IMG/VR virus record: IMGVR_UViG_3300046660_000239
Span: 3,155 to 67,154 of that record
From: a virus
Reading direction: 5' to 3' (one strand)
Length of the DNA: 64,000 nt
This document shows positions 17,289 through 25,864 of this stretch, in pieces. The position numbers and the translations under genes are program-made. The stretch's first letter is position 1; each line of letters begins with the position of its first letter. The notes beneath the pieces were generated by a model. It was not told where the DNA came from, ran no database searches, and saw only the letters and a program-made list of their open reading frames with translations.

Positions 17289-17575
17289 GTGGCGGCCTGC
17301 ACGGTAGCAGCGCTGCGAAGTTCGCCGATAAGGTCAAGGGCGTCACCAATCTCAGCCTTCATCTCGCGGATGATCATGTAGCGATATTGGGCTATCTTCT
17401 TCCAGCGCTCCACTTCTGAGGCTCCAAACACCGGCATCTCCAATTCCGCTGTTTCAGTTGCGCTAATCTGCGTGGGGTTTGAGAGGCGGTTAACGTAGCC
17501 GACCGGCACCATCTCTACGGTTTCCATCACACCACCTCCTTTGCGCCAACGACCCATGCGACCGTGGACACCCAC
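17285..17575 (-). CDS. Hypothetical protein (start probably near 17527)
   Basis: ORF between the two membrane genes. Confidence 0.55.
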   Translation of the reverse strand: MGVHGRMGRWRKGGGVMETVEMVPVGYVNRLSNPTQISATETAELEMPVFGASEVERWKKIAQYRYMIIREMKAEIGDALDLIGELRSAATVQAAT

Positions 17576-17973
17576 AGCGCCGCGACAGCGCCCACCAGCG
17601 TCGAACAGAAGGCAACGCCCATACCGGCAAGCAGACTTGCCGCAACGCGCTGGACGCCCTCGGCTGAGCCGAGCGAACCGGTATCGATGTGCTGCAAGGC
17701 AATGATGAAGCCGACGACGTTGCCGATGAGGCCGAGCGTAACCAGCCAGACTTCAAGCCGTTCCAGATGCGCGGTTCGCCCAAGGAATACGGCAAGCAAG
17801 CCGGCCGCCAAGAGCGCGGTAATGCCGTAGCTAATCCGTGACACATCATGCGTGAAAACGAATTGTGTATAGCCCATGATCGAGGACCAGACGACAAGCG
17901 CGGCCCAGCAGGTGTTGATGATGATGAGGCGGGCGGTGATTGAGGTGGCTACCGTAGACGCGATGTTGCTCAT
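17527..17973 (-). CDS. MotA/TolQ/ExbB proton-channel family protein
   Basis: LGLIGNVVGFIIAL...LLAGMGVAFCSTLVGAVAAL matches the two C-terminal helices of the family. Confidence 0.8.
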   Translation of the reverse strand: MSNIASTVATSITARLIIINTCWAALVVWSSIMGYTQFVFTHDVSRISYGITALLAAGLLAVFLGRTAHLERLEVWLVTLGLIGNVVGFIIALQHIDTGSLGSAEGVQRVAASLLAGMGVAFCSTLVGAVAALWVSTVAWVVGAKEVV

Positions 17974-18106
17974 TGGGCGGCCTCCCGCTTCATCATTTCC
18001 TTACCGAGCAGTTCTCCAAGGTACAGAGGCCACCCGACTGATTTCCAGAACTTGCCTGTTGCCTCGTGGAAGCCGCAAGCGACTCCTGCGTAGATCCAGT
18101 AAGCCA

Positions 18107-18820
18107 TCACACAGCCCTCCGAGCCAGAAGATCACAGACAACCGAAGCCGGAACCACAAAGCCGAAGCCAGTCATGGTCGGCGTGTAGGTATCAGCGCCT
18201 GCGGCATCCTTCCCAGACTTCAGCGGCGCTAGCGTTACGCCCACGTTGATGCCGACAATGCGGCCGTCGTTGGCGAATACGCCGCCCCCTGATTGCCCCA
18301 TGACTGTGGTCATGTCGGTAACGATGACGCGCTTCCAGTTGCCAAGTTCGCGGCCAGATCCGGCAACCCTGCCGAACGATGCAACAAACTCGATACCGAG
18401 CGGATTGCCGATCGCCTGCAACTGCTCGCCGAAGCGTGGCTCGCGGCAGTCAAGTTCGCTGGAGCCCGAGACGTTGCCGCCGGTATGGATCAGGGCGACG
18501 TCGAATTCTTTGTTGATCCAAAGCACATCAGCATCGCCTTCGATGCCAGCAAATGTCTTAATCTTGACCGTCTTGGCGTCGCCCACGACGTGGGCCGCCG
18601 TCAGAATGTTGCCGCTGCCGATATGGACGCCCGAACCCAGTCCGTCGCCAACGATGATTTTGACGGCCGAGTCTTCAGCCGTGGTCGGCGGCGCCTGGAT
18701 GATGGTGTTTGTGACCGTCACATATGTCGGCTGGCTTGGCATGGCATAGACGCCGCCGACGAGAAGGATGGCGAGCGCGACGATAGCGATTCCGAAATAT
18801 CTGTAAAATCTCATCATCAC
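18107..18820 (-). CDS. Trypsin-like serine protease with N-terminal signal/anchor
   Basis: GSG...ILTAAHVV (His), FDVAL (Asp), GNP, GQSGGG (Ser). Confidence 0.92.
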   Translation of the reverse strand: MMMRFYRYFGIAIVALAILLVGGVYAMPSQPTYVTVTNTIIQAPPTTAEDSAVKIIVGDGLGSGVHIGSGNILTAAHVVGDAKTVKIKTFAGIEGDADVLWINKEFDVALIHTGGNVSGSSELDCREPRFGEQLQAIGNPLGIEFVASFGRVAGSGRELGNWKRVIVTDMTTVMGQSGGGVFANDGRIVGINVGVTLAPLKSGKDAAGADTYTPTMTGFGFVVPASVVCDLLARRAV

Positions 18821-18977
18821 GCCTCCAGCAGTTTGGAGATGTGGCCAGCGGTTCCCGCTGTGGTCGGCGCATGGAAATATCTGCTCATCTTTGATCTCCT
18901 CTGCTGTGGTGGTGGTTTACCGACTGGAGCCGGCGGAACTAGTTGGTGGCTAGTGTTATTGACCTTGTTGTGGATTT

Positions 18978-18990
18978 ACAAATTTGTCAA
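18978..18990 (-). promoter_or_regulatory. ACAAATTTGT operator / TTGACA promoter of the accessory operon
   Basis: Exact motif copy just downstream of a terminator. Confidence 0.7.
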
Positions 18991-19002
18991 ACGCACAAAC
19001 GC

Positions 19003-19039
19003 AAAAAAGCCGCCTCCCCGGTTAAGGAGAGGCGGCTTT
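19003..19039. terminator. Intrinsic terminator ending the late operon
   Basis: AAAAAAGCCGCCTC...GAGGCGGCTTT. Confidence 0.8.
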
Positions 19040-19041
19040 GG

Positions 19042-21594
19042 TTATGTCGTCTGCGCCAATACAGGAGCAGTTTCGTTCGTCAGCGCGAAAGCGTTGGCGA
19101 GCAGCGCCGTACGGGCTGCGGGGTAGTTAGCCGCATCTTGGAACGTGCGATTGTTCTTGATCGCTTCAGCCGCCACTTGGCCAAGGCTTTGCCCGGCCTG
19201 CATCGCCGTAAACTCCATGCGCGTTGCACCGAAGGCGACGTGGGATGCGGAGAAAGCAAAGCCGACAAAGCCGTTATTGCACTCTGCTACCTTTGGTGTG
19301 GCTATCTCCAGCGGCAGTGGGAACATGCCGTCAGAGCCGCCGATATCGACTTCCATGCCGCCTTCGCCGGCCACGATCCACTGTCCCGCCGTCTTTTCGT
19401 AGGCGATGTATTGGATGGCGTGGCTATCCATGAAGTATGAAATCATGGATATTGTGTTGGTCGATATGGACGGCACGCCGCCGTCACCGCGCGTCAATTC
19501 CGTGCCCAGCAGCTTCGCCGTGCCGTCGAGCCTCACAGCCTCTCGGACATAAAGTTGCGGATTCATGTTGACCGCGTCGTTTTCGTGCGGCGAGAAGTAG
19601 TGGTCGGAGCAGAAGCCCCACTGCAGGCAGCTCGCCTGAAGTGCTGCCGGGATGCGTGGATCCGTACCGTACTGCAAGGTATACAGCAAGCCCATGAACC
19701 AATTATGGGTTGCCTTCCAGATCGCCTCACGAACAGACCGCTCGGCAAGCGGGTAATCCCAATTCTTGCCGATGAAGTCGGAGGATGGAGCGGCCGGGCC
19801 GGCGCGGTTGTTCACGTCGTATTTGCCCGGCGTGCCCTGGGTGAAGTTGTCTGCCTTGAAGTAATCAGTGAAGCTGACAAGCGACGGGTTGGCCGCAGCG
19901 AAACGCAAAATGATTTCGTAGTCGGCAACGTCATAGCCTGGCGGAGGTGTGGATGGCGCCGACCGCTTCCAGATCGGCGACGTCGTCATCGTTGTCCGGA
20001 AGTTATACGCCTGAGTCTTTGCATCAGTCGTGCCCGCCGCAGCCAGGGTATTATATCCTGGCGAAAAGGTAGAGCGGGAAGCCTGAATCATATTGATGAA
20101 GCCGCTGCTCGGATCGCCAGGTGTTTTGCAAGGGTCGACGCCAACGTACTCGTTGAAGGATGCGCGAACACCGTTGTTTGCTTCTGCGCCAGAACCGGCG
20201 GCCTCACGGCCGAGGATATAGGAGCAGCCAGCCGCGCGCGCGAAGTCCATCTCATAGGAGCCATCGAACCAGCCCTTGATCGTAAAGGTGCGCCCGTCGA
20301 CCGTAGTGAACGAGGTGACCTTTGCGCCGGTCTTCTGGACTGCCAAAACGCCGTTCGTCTGGTAGATCGGGATCGAGTATCCGCCGTTCTTCTCTGACGT
20401 AAGCAGTTCCCTAACAGCCCACTGCATATAGCGGGGATCGAAATAATACTGCTCTGTCGGCTTGCTGCCGATCGTCTGGACGCGCTTGGTGAGGTATTTC
20501 ACCAGCCCGCCGAACGCCGCGGTATTTTCCACATCGCCAAAACCAAGGCCGCCGGAAGTCATGCCGCCGAAGTTGAAGCGATCACGCCAGCCGCCGACGA
20601 GAGCAACCGTCAAGCCATTGCGCGCCGCCTGTAGGCAAGCGAGAGCCGACTGGACGGTAAACCCGTAGGCGATGAAATCAGCCGTGATGTTTGCCGTGCC
20701 AACGCCGACTTCTTCGAGGTAGGCATCACCGTAGCCGACCGCCTCGAGGTACTCGCCAGCGATGGCAGTAAGCTCGATCTCCTGAGCGTTTGTCAGACCT
20801 TTGCCAACGTATGCGAAAGCCAGCCGGCGGGGCGAGAACGAAGACACCGCGCCGTTGGCGTTGTGCGCAAGCAAGTAGATGTTCAGGTTGGGCAGCGCCA
20901 CCGATGCGGCCGCGACCGTGTTCTTGGCAACACCGTTATGCGAGCCCGATAGGTTGACTGCGTCGAAGCGGCTGCCGCCCGTAAGGCCGTAGCCGTCCGT
21001 GTCACCGTCGGCCGAGATAGTCGTCACCGCAGCGGAAGCCAACCGAATCGTTTGGTTGTCGTTTGTCGCGCGGCGAGCGCAGATGTTGATGCCCTGCGAC
21101 GAGGCGTTTATGGCGCCCATGTCGCTGTTTGCACTGCCTGTCGGGTTTGACGTGCAGTAGACATATGCCCCGAGGTCGTTCTGGTCTAATTCATTGGCGT
21201 TGAGGTTGGTGTTGATCGCCTGCCCGTTTGTCGTAGCCGTCCAGCCGAAGGAGGCATTGAAGCCAGGCGTGCTGATTTTTACACCAGTTCTTGTAGGGTC
21301 CGTCCACCAGCGCAGGGCAGCATTCTCGTCTGCGCCAACCGCCATGATCATCTTGGCCTTAGCCCAGATGCCTGATGTCTTCAGGCGCTTGATCGCGCGA
21401 TTGATTGTCCGCTTACGGTTTGCCGTGGGCGGCGTCGAAAATGCCGCCGCTAGTGTGTTGGTCTCGGTTTCATAGGAGTATAATTGGAATACAGGAGATG
21501 AGCCACCACCCCCCGTGGGGATACCTCGCGCTCCCAAGGCGATCAGGGCGCCAAGCGACACCCCGCGCCTCAAACTCGTTTTGAGCCCCGCCAT
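19042..21594 (-). CDS. Putative virion appendage: beta-sandwich/LamG-like N-terminus fused to an FAD-dependent oxidoreductase (FAD_oxidored family) domain
   Basis: QAARNG.TV.L...GGMTSGGLG, QAYNFR, YVREA.R, SYFMDSH, SASHVAFG..RME...GQ. Confidence 0.7.
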   Translation of the reverse strand: MAGLKTSLRRGVSLGALIALGARGIPTGGGGSSPVFQLYSYETETNTLAAAFSTPPTANRKRTINRAIKRLKTSGIWAKAKMIMAVGADENAALRWWTDPTRTGVKISTPGFNASFGWTATTNGQAINTNLNANELDQNDLGAYVYCTSNPTGSANSDMGAINASSQGINICARRATNDNQTIRLASAAVTTISADGDTDGYGLTGGSRFDAVNLSGSHNGVAKNTVAAASVALPNLNIYLLAHNANGAVSSFSPRRLAFAYVGKGLTNAQEIELTAIAGEYLEAVGYGDAYLEEVGVGTANITADFIAYGFTVQSALACLQAARNGLTVALVGGWRDRFNFGGMTSGGLGFGDVENTAAFGGLVKYLTKRVQTIGSKPTEQYYFDPRYMQWAVRELLTSEKNGGYSIPIYQTNGVLAVQKTGAKVTSFTTVDGRTFTIKGWFDGSYEMDFARAAGCSYILGREAAGSGAEANNGVRASFNEYVGVDPCKTPGDPSSGFINMIQASRSTFSPGYNTLAAAGTTDAKTQAYNFRTTMTTSPIWKRSAPSTPPPGYDVADYEIILRFAAANPSLVSFTDYFKADNFTQGTPGKYDVNNRAGPAAPSSDFIGKNWDYPLAERSVREAIWKATHNWFMGLLYTLQYGTDPRIPAALQASCLQWGFCSDHYFSPHENDAVNMNPQLYVREAVRLDGTAKLLGTELTRGDGGVPSISTNTISMISYFMDSHAIQYIAYEKTAGQWIVAGEGGMEVDIGGSDGMFPLPLEIATPKVAECNNGFVGFAFSASHVAFGATRMEFTAMQAGQSLGQVAAEAIKNNRTFQDAANYPAARTALLANAFALTNETAPVLAQTT

Positions 21595-21595
21595 G

Positions 21596-21910
21596 TTACG
21601 CGGCAATCCACTGGAATTTATCGTTCGGCTCGGCGTAGACGTCGTAGTCTGTTGCGGCCGGGACGAGGAATCGCTTGCCGCTTGTTGCGTCTGGAGCCGG
21701 GCCTACCGATACCCAGGAGTCAGCTGCGGCGCGAATGCGGAACATCGGCTGGCCGGAGCCGTCGCTGCCGTTCGGTGCGAAATTGGTGGACGTAACGCCG
21801 GTCGACGGCGCTTCGGTCCACGCAATCTTGCCGAGGATCGCCTGCGACTTGTCGCGCGCAAAAAGGGAGCCTGCGAAACCGCAAACGACGTGAAGGCCTG
21901 CAAATGCCAT
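21596..21910 (-). CDS. Small beta-rich protein, possible adaptor for the downstream appendage
   Basis: CACCAC-rich leader with GGAGAC; adjacent to 19042..21594. Confidence 0.7.
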   Translation of the reverse strand: MAFAGLHVVCGFAGSLFARDKSQAILGKIAWTEAPSTGVTSTNFAPNGSDGSGQPMFRIRAAADSWVSVGPAPDATSGKRFLVPAATDYDVYAEPNDKFQWIAA

Positions 21911-21968
21911 AGTGGTCTCCTTCGCGCTGGGTGCGCGTTGTGTGGTGGTGTTTTGGTGGTGGTGTCGG

Positions 21969-22310
21969 CTAAGCGCGCGTGGTTGGCCGCTTGACCTGAT
22001 TTTCGACGATGCGATCGACGCGGGCCGTCATGTGATCCACGGCAGTCTTAACGCCATGGATCGCTTCCATAATCTGGTCGGTAGTCTCACGAAGTCCCTG
22101 CTTGGAGACATACTGCTCGGCAACGTGCAGGCGGTGCGCGGCAAGGTCAGACCTTACCGATGCCGCCTCAACAGCGGCCTCTGTGGCCTTCTGGACGGCC
22201 TCGGCCTTGGCTCGGTCCACTCGTCCCTCGATGCGCCACCAGACGCCCCAGAGGGCGCCGGAGATCGCCATGAAGAACATGACAACGGCCATTAATTCGG
22301 TGCCTGTCAC
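21969..22310 (-). CDS. Membrane-anchored coiled-coil protein in the lysis cassette
   Basis: N-terminal TM helix then coiled coil. Confidence 0.75.
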   Translation of the reverse strand: MTGTELMAVVMFFMAISGALWGVWWRIEGRVDRAKAEAVQKATEAAVEAASVRSDLAAHRLHVAEQYVSKQGLRETTDQIMEAIHGVKTAVDHMTARVDRIVENQVKRPTTRA

Positions 22311-22618
22311 TTCTGCACCGCCTTGCCCTCAAGGCCAGCATCACGGTCAGCATAGAAATCCCGCAGCGCCATGTGGCGCCTGGCACAAGACAGCAGTCGC
22401 TCGCGGTCGGTAATCCACAAGTGCTCAAGCTGCGCCTGCGTCAGCGGCTTGTCGCCGAGGTCGACCGGGCCAAGACACTTCGTCGTCAGCGCGCTGTCCG
22501 CCTTCCGCAACACTGGCGGAGGCGGCACCACAACAAGCCTATCGGACCTTGTTAATGCGCTGCACGCTGGGAGCACCGATAGCAGTGCGGCCAGCATCAG
22601 GATCTTCGCTGGCTTCAC
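22307..22618 (-). CDS. o-spanin (Rz1-like lipoprotein)
   Basis: LPAC lipobox, Pro-rich, overlaps the i-spanin. Confidence 0.75.
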   Translation of the reverse strand: MKPAKILMLAALLSVLPACSALTRSDRLVVVPPPPVLRKADSALTTKCLGPVDLGDKPLTQAQLEHLWITDRERLLSCARRHMALRDFYADRDAGLEGKAVQK

Positions 22619-22934
22619 GCTGCAGCTCCTCGATTTGTATTGTTAGTTGGTCGGCCTCGGCCTGCATCGCGGCGATGCGCTCCGCCTCACGCGCCTTGGC
22701 TTCGTTCTGGCGCGCAGCCTGGCGCTCGACTTCGGCGTTGCGTGCCGTAACGGCGGCGGCGTGCTCGGCTGCGATCTGCGCCTCATATTTTACGGATGCA
22801 GCCTGATAGCCGCTGTCGTAGATCGTGCTGTGGATCCACCAGCCGCCGAGGCCGATAGCGGCAAGAAGCGCCAGCACAGCAACAGCGCCGACGATCCACT
22901 TGTCGATGCCCAAGATTTTCGCGATCCACATCAT
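22539..22934 (-). CDS. i-spanin (Rz-like)
   Basis: N-terminal TM plus coiled coil, follows the endolysin. Confidence 0.75.
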   Translation of the reverse strand: MMWIAKILGIDKWIVGAVAVLALLAAIGLGGWWIHSTIYDSGYQAASVKYEAQIAAEHAAAVTARNAEVERQAARQNEAKAREAERIAAMQAEADQLTIQIEELQREASEDPDAGRTAIGAPSVQRINKVR

Positions 22935-23416
22935 GCGACACCCTTCAGGCAGAGCGCCCTTTCATCCACGCGGCGCTTTGTCAGGCCGGGGATCTTGCGA
23001 CCCTTCGCCTTATCCCACATGAGGAAGGCATCGCATGCGCCGCGAATATCTCCGGCATTGAGTTTGCGCGCGACAGTCGAGCCGCAGAAGCCGCCGGGAC
23101 CGATGTTGTAGGTCAGCGACACGCCGGCGATATAAGTCTGGATCGGCAGGGCGTCAGGCGCCTTGAGGCAACTGCGCATCCCGGCCTCGTGCTCAACCAA
23201 GCTGTCGATCAGCATGTTGTCGCAGTCGGCTTTCGAGAATTTCATGCCGGGCTTGATGCCCTTGGTTTCGCCGTAACAAGCTGTCCAAATGCCAACGACA
23301 TCGCGGTAGGCGTAAAGCTTGAGCCCTTCGAAGCCGCCGACAGTCTGCACAGCCATAGCGCCGGCCAACGTGATGGCGGCAAGTCCGCCGCCGGTCTTTC
23401 TAAGCCTTGTCGCCAT
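22931..23416 (-). CDS. Endolysin, GH24 phage lysozyme (possible SAR N-terminus)
   Basis: FEGLKLYAYRDVVGIWTACYGET (E-D-T triad), YNIG, GLTKRR..E..LC. Confidence 0.93.
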   Translation of the reverse strand: MATRLRKTGGGLAAITLAGAMAVQTVGGFEGLKLYAYRDVVGIWTACYGETKGIKPGMKFSKADCDNMLIDSLVEHEAGMRSCLKAPDALPIQTYIAGVSLTYNIGPGGFCGSTVARKLNAGDIRGACDAFLMWDKAKGRKIPGLTKRRVDERALCLKGVA

Positions 23417-23654
23417 TGGCGGCCTCCTTCTTCTGGATAAGCAGGCGGGCGACATACGCGCCGCCAAGCAGCACGAGCGTCAGCCACCACGGCAGCCAGT
23501 CAGAAACGACCGGCACGACGTTGAGGATGATGTCGAATACGGCCGCGAGCTCGATCAGTCGGAGCGACCAAGCTTTCTTCACCGTAGCGGCAGCATCGGG
23601 GATCAGCACGCGCGCGACAGCGTCACGCGCGCCCGAGAAAAGCGTGCGAAGCAT
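23400..23654 (-). CDS. Putative holin
   Basis: Small protein with about two TM segments, AWSLRL...ARLLIQ, directly before the endolysin. Confidence 0.65.
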   Translation of the reverse strand: MLRTLFSGARDAVARVLIPDAAATVKKAWSLRLIELAAVFDIILNVVPVVSDWLPWWLTLVLLGGAYVARLLIQKKEAANGDKA

Positions 23655-23743
23655 GGTAGGCTCCGGTTTGTTTGGGGGTGGAAATGAAAAGGCCCGCCTG
23701 AGCGAGCCAGATTCAGCGCGTCTTCGTCAAGAAGTGAGCGCCG

Positions 23744-24739
23744 TCACAGGCGCTTCTTGAGAGCCTTGATCAGATTTCGTGCTAGCGCATATCGTTGGTA
23801 GGAGAAGTTCAGTAAGTGCATTTTTGCGATATACAATTTATTGCGAGCAAAGCCGAAGACGGTACGATGCGGATAGATGTAGCGCGCAACAGGATAGTAA
23901 TATCGTCCGAATGGGAATTCTTCCCATTGGCTCTTGAAAAGAACTTCCCAATTCGCCTTCCATTCTGGCACGGTCGCAAAGGCTTGGGCGTAATGGTCAT
24001 AAAGCCGTGATAGCCCGAAACCCACCCGCCGCCATTTAGTCTTATCCTGGACCTTGATCTTGGCGGCGTAATAGTCGAGTTGAACCATGATATCGTTCGG
24101 GTCCAACGACTTGAGAAAATTTCCACTATGAGTTCGGATGGCGCAGGTTTCTATGTCTATGCCGTGCACGAGGTAATCTCGCGATATTCTGCGCCAGAGG
24201 TCTGTGTCTTCAAACCTAGTTTGAGCTGTATCGAACGCTCCGGCCGCGCGGATGATGTCCGCGCGGACCATAACCGTTGGTAGAGCTATTGTTACAGGGC
24301 GGAAGAAGGCCACCTTATAATAGATATCTCCAGAGGCGGTCGCATCGTAGCGGCCCGGCAACGGAACTCCGTCGCCATCAATATGGGTCGCCGCGGTATA
24401 GATCATCGCTACTTTCGGGTTCTCTCGCAGATACTTGACCTGCATCTCCAGCTTACCTGGCAGATATAGATCGTCACTATCGTTGAACGCGATAAACTCT
24501 CCAGTGGCGAAAGCTAAGGCCATGTTTCGCGATTTTGACCGCCCACTGTTCGTGCTTGGGTAAACTCTGAGCCGCCTATCATTGATTGTCGACAGCCTAG
24601 CAAGGGTGTCATCTGCCGAGCCATCATCAACAACCAGCACTTCTATATCTTCAAACGATTGATTAAGCACACTTGCGACTGCATCAACAATGAAATCCGC
24701 ACGGTTGTACGTTGGAATGATGACACTGACTGCTGGCAT
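23744..24739 (-). CDS. Glycosyltransferase family 2
   Basis: VSVIIPTYNRA...VVDDGSAD...SRN...IAFNDSDD...FEDTDLW. Confidence 0.92.
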   Translation of the reverse strand: MPAVSVIIPTYNRADFIVDAVASVLNQSFEDIEVLVVDDGSADDTLARLSTINDRRLRVYPSTNSGRSKSRNMALAFATGEFIAFNDSDDLYLPGKLEMQVKYLRENPKVAMIYTAATHIDGDGVPLPGRYDATASGDIYYKVAFFRPVTIALPTVMVRADIIRAAGAFDTAQTRFEDTDLWRRISRDYLVHGIDIETCAIRTHSGNFLKSLDPNDIMVQLDYYAAKIKVQDKTKWRRVGFGLSRLYDHYAQAFATVPEWKANWEVLFKSQWEEFPFGRYYYPVARYIYPHRTVFGFARNKLYIAKMHLLNFSYQRYALARNLIKALKKRL

Positions 24740-24822
24740 TTAGCTCCTCACGATGCTTTCCCAGCGGATACCGATAAACGATTGCATGCCGTGGTCAATG
24801 ACCTTACGGGAAGACAACAACC

Positions 24823-25860
24823 CTAGATCACAATATTGAACGACGTGCGATTGGCGTCGGCGCCTGCGCTACCAGAAGTGTCGGCCATGCCCGCAAGAGC
24901 ATAGGCAACGACGTAATTGTCTGCCGACAGGCAGCGCTTGGTCGTGCCGTTTAGAACGATGCCGTAGTTCGACCCGGTGACACCACCACCATCACCACCG
25001 TTGATCGTATTTTTCTCGATGTGGCAGTTGTAGCAGTTGAAGACGGTCAACTGTGACTGAACGCGCCCGCTCAAGAAGTTACCGATATAGGCGGGGTGTT
25101 CCATCCAGTTGCGCTGCAGAATGGCCTGCCCGTGGCCATCGAGCAGAATCTGACCACCAAGCGCCGTGAAGTTGTTGTCCTCGATGACCGTTTGCCGAGC
25201 GCCGGCCGAGATGCTGGAAAGATCGAGCGCGATGCCGGGGCCATTATTCACAACATTCTTCAAGAACTTGTTGCTATCGCCGATCTTATCACCGTGGATT
25301 CCGGCCCAAGAACCGGGCGACAACTGGCAACCTTCTAGCAAGCCAGTGGCGAATCCCGGCCCCTCAACGGTGTTGTCGAGATAGATGGCAGACGTGCCGA
25401 AGCGATGGATTCCGACGAGGTCATTGAACACATTGAAAATGTGCCATTTCCCGAAATAGCCGGATGGACCGGTAATCTCGACGTGAATACCATGCGTGCC
25501 ACCATTGTTTGTCTGATGGTTGAGAGTAAAGTTTCCAATCACTGTCCCGAAATTGGTGTCGTCAACCTTGATGTGAATTCCCGCACCAGCAGACGTGGAG
25601 GTTAAGCGTGTATTGATGCCGCTACCGACAAGGTAAACCTGACCTGTGTACTCGACGAGATCGATCGTGTAGCTCTTAGCCGGGATCAATACCGGAGCCC
25701 CAGCGGCCGCAGTGAGCGCCGCGACCAGTGCCGCCGCATTGACGGAACCAGACGCTGCCGTATCGAAGCCGTAGCTCTCCGGGTTGATGAAGCCGCTGCT
25801 ACCCGCCCCGCCGCCACCACCGCCCACGAGAAGCGCATTCGGAATCTTTGTCGTGGTCAT
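24823..25860 (-). CDS. Tailspike-like right-handed beta-helix protein
   Basis: INPESYG...AAALVAAL...IPA..Y...L.GSG pectate-lyase-like start; Asn/Gly-rich repeats. Confidence 0.7.
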   Translation of the reverse strand: MTTTKIPNALLVGGGGGGAGSSGFINPESYGFDTAASGSVNAAALVAALTAAAGAPVLIPAKSYTIDLVEYTGQVYLVGSGINTRLTSTSAGAGIHIKVDDTNFGTVIGNFTLNHQTNNGGTHGIHVEITGPSGYFGKWHIFNVFNDLVGIHRFGTSAIYLDNTVEGPGFATGLLEGCQLSPGSWAGIHGDKIGDSNKFLKNVVNNGPGIALDLSSISAGARQTVIEDNNFTALGGQILLDGHGQAILQRNWMEHPAYIGNFLSGRVQSQLTVFNCYNCHIEKNTINGGDGGGVTGSNYGIVLNGTTKRCLSADNYVVAYALAGMADTSGSAGADANRTSFNIVI

Positions 25861-25864
25861 GGTG

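Noticed and set aside
15876-17973. Zorya defence system
   Set aside because: No long ZorA tail, no OmpA-like ZorB domain and no ZorC/D/E genes nearby.
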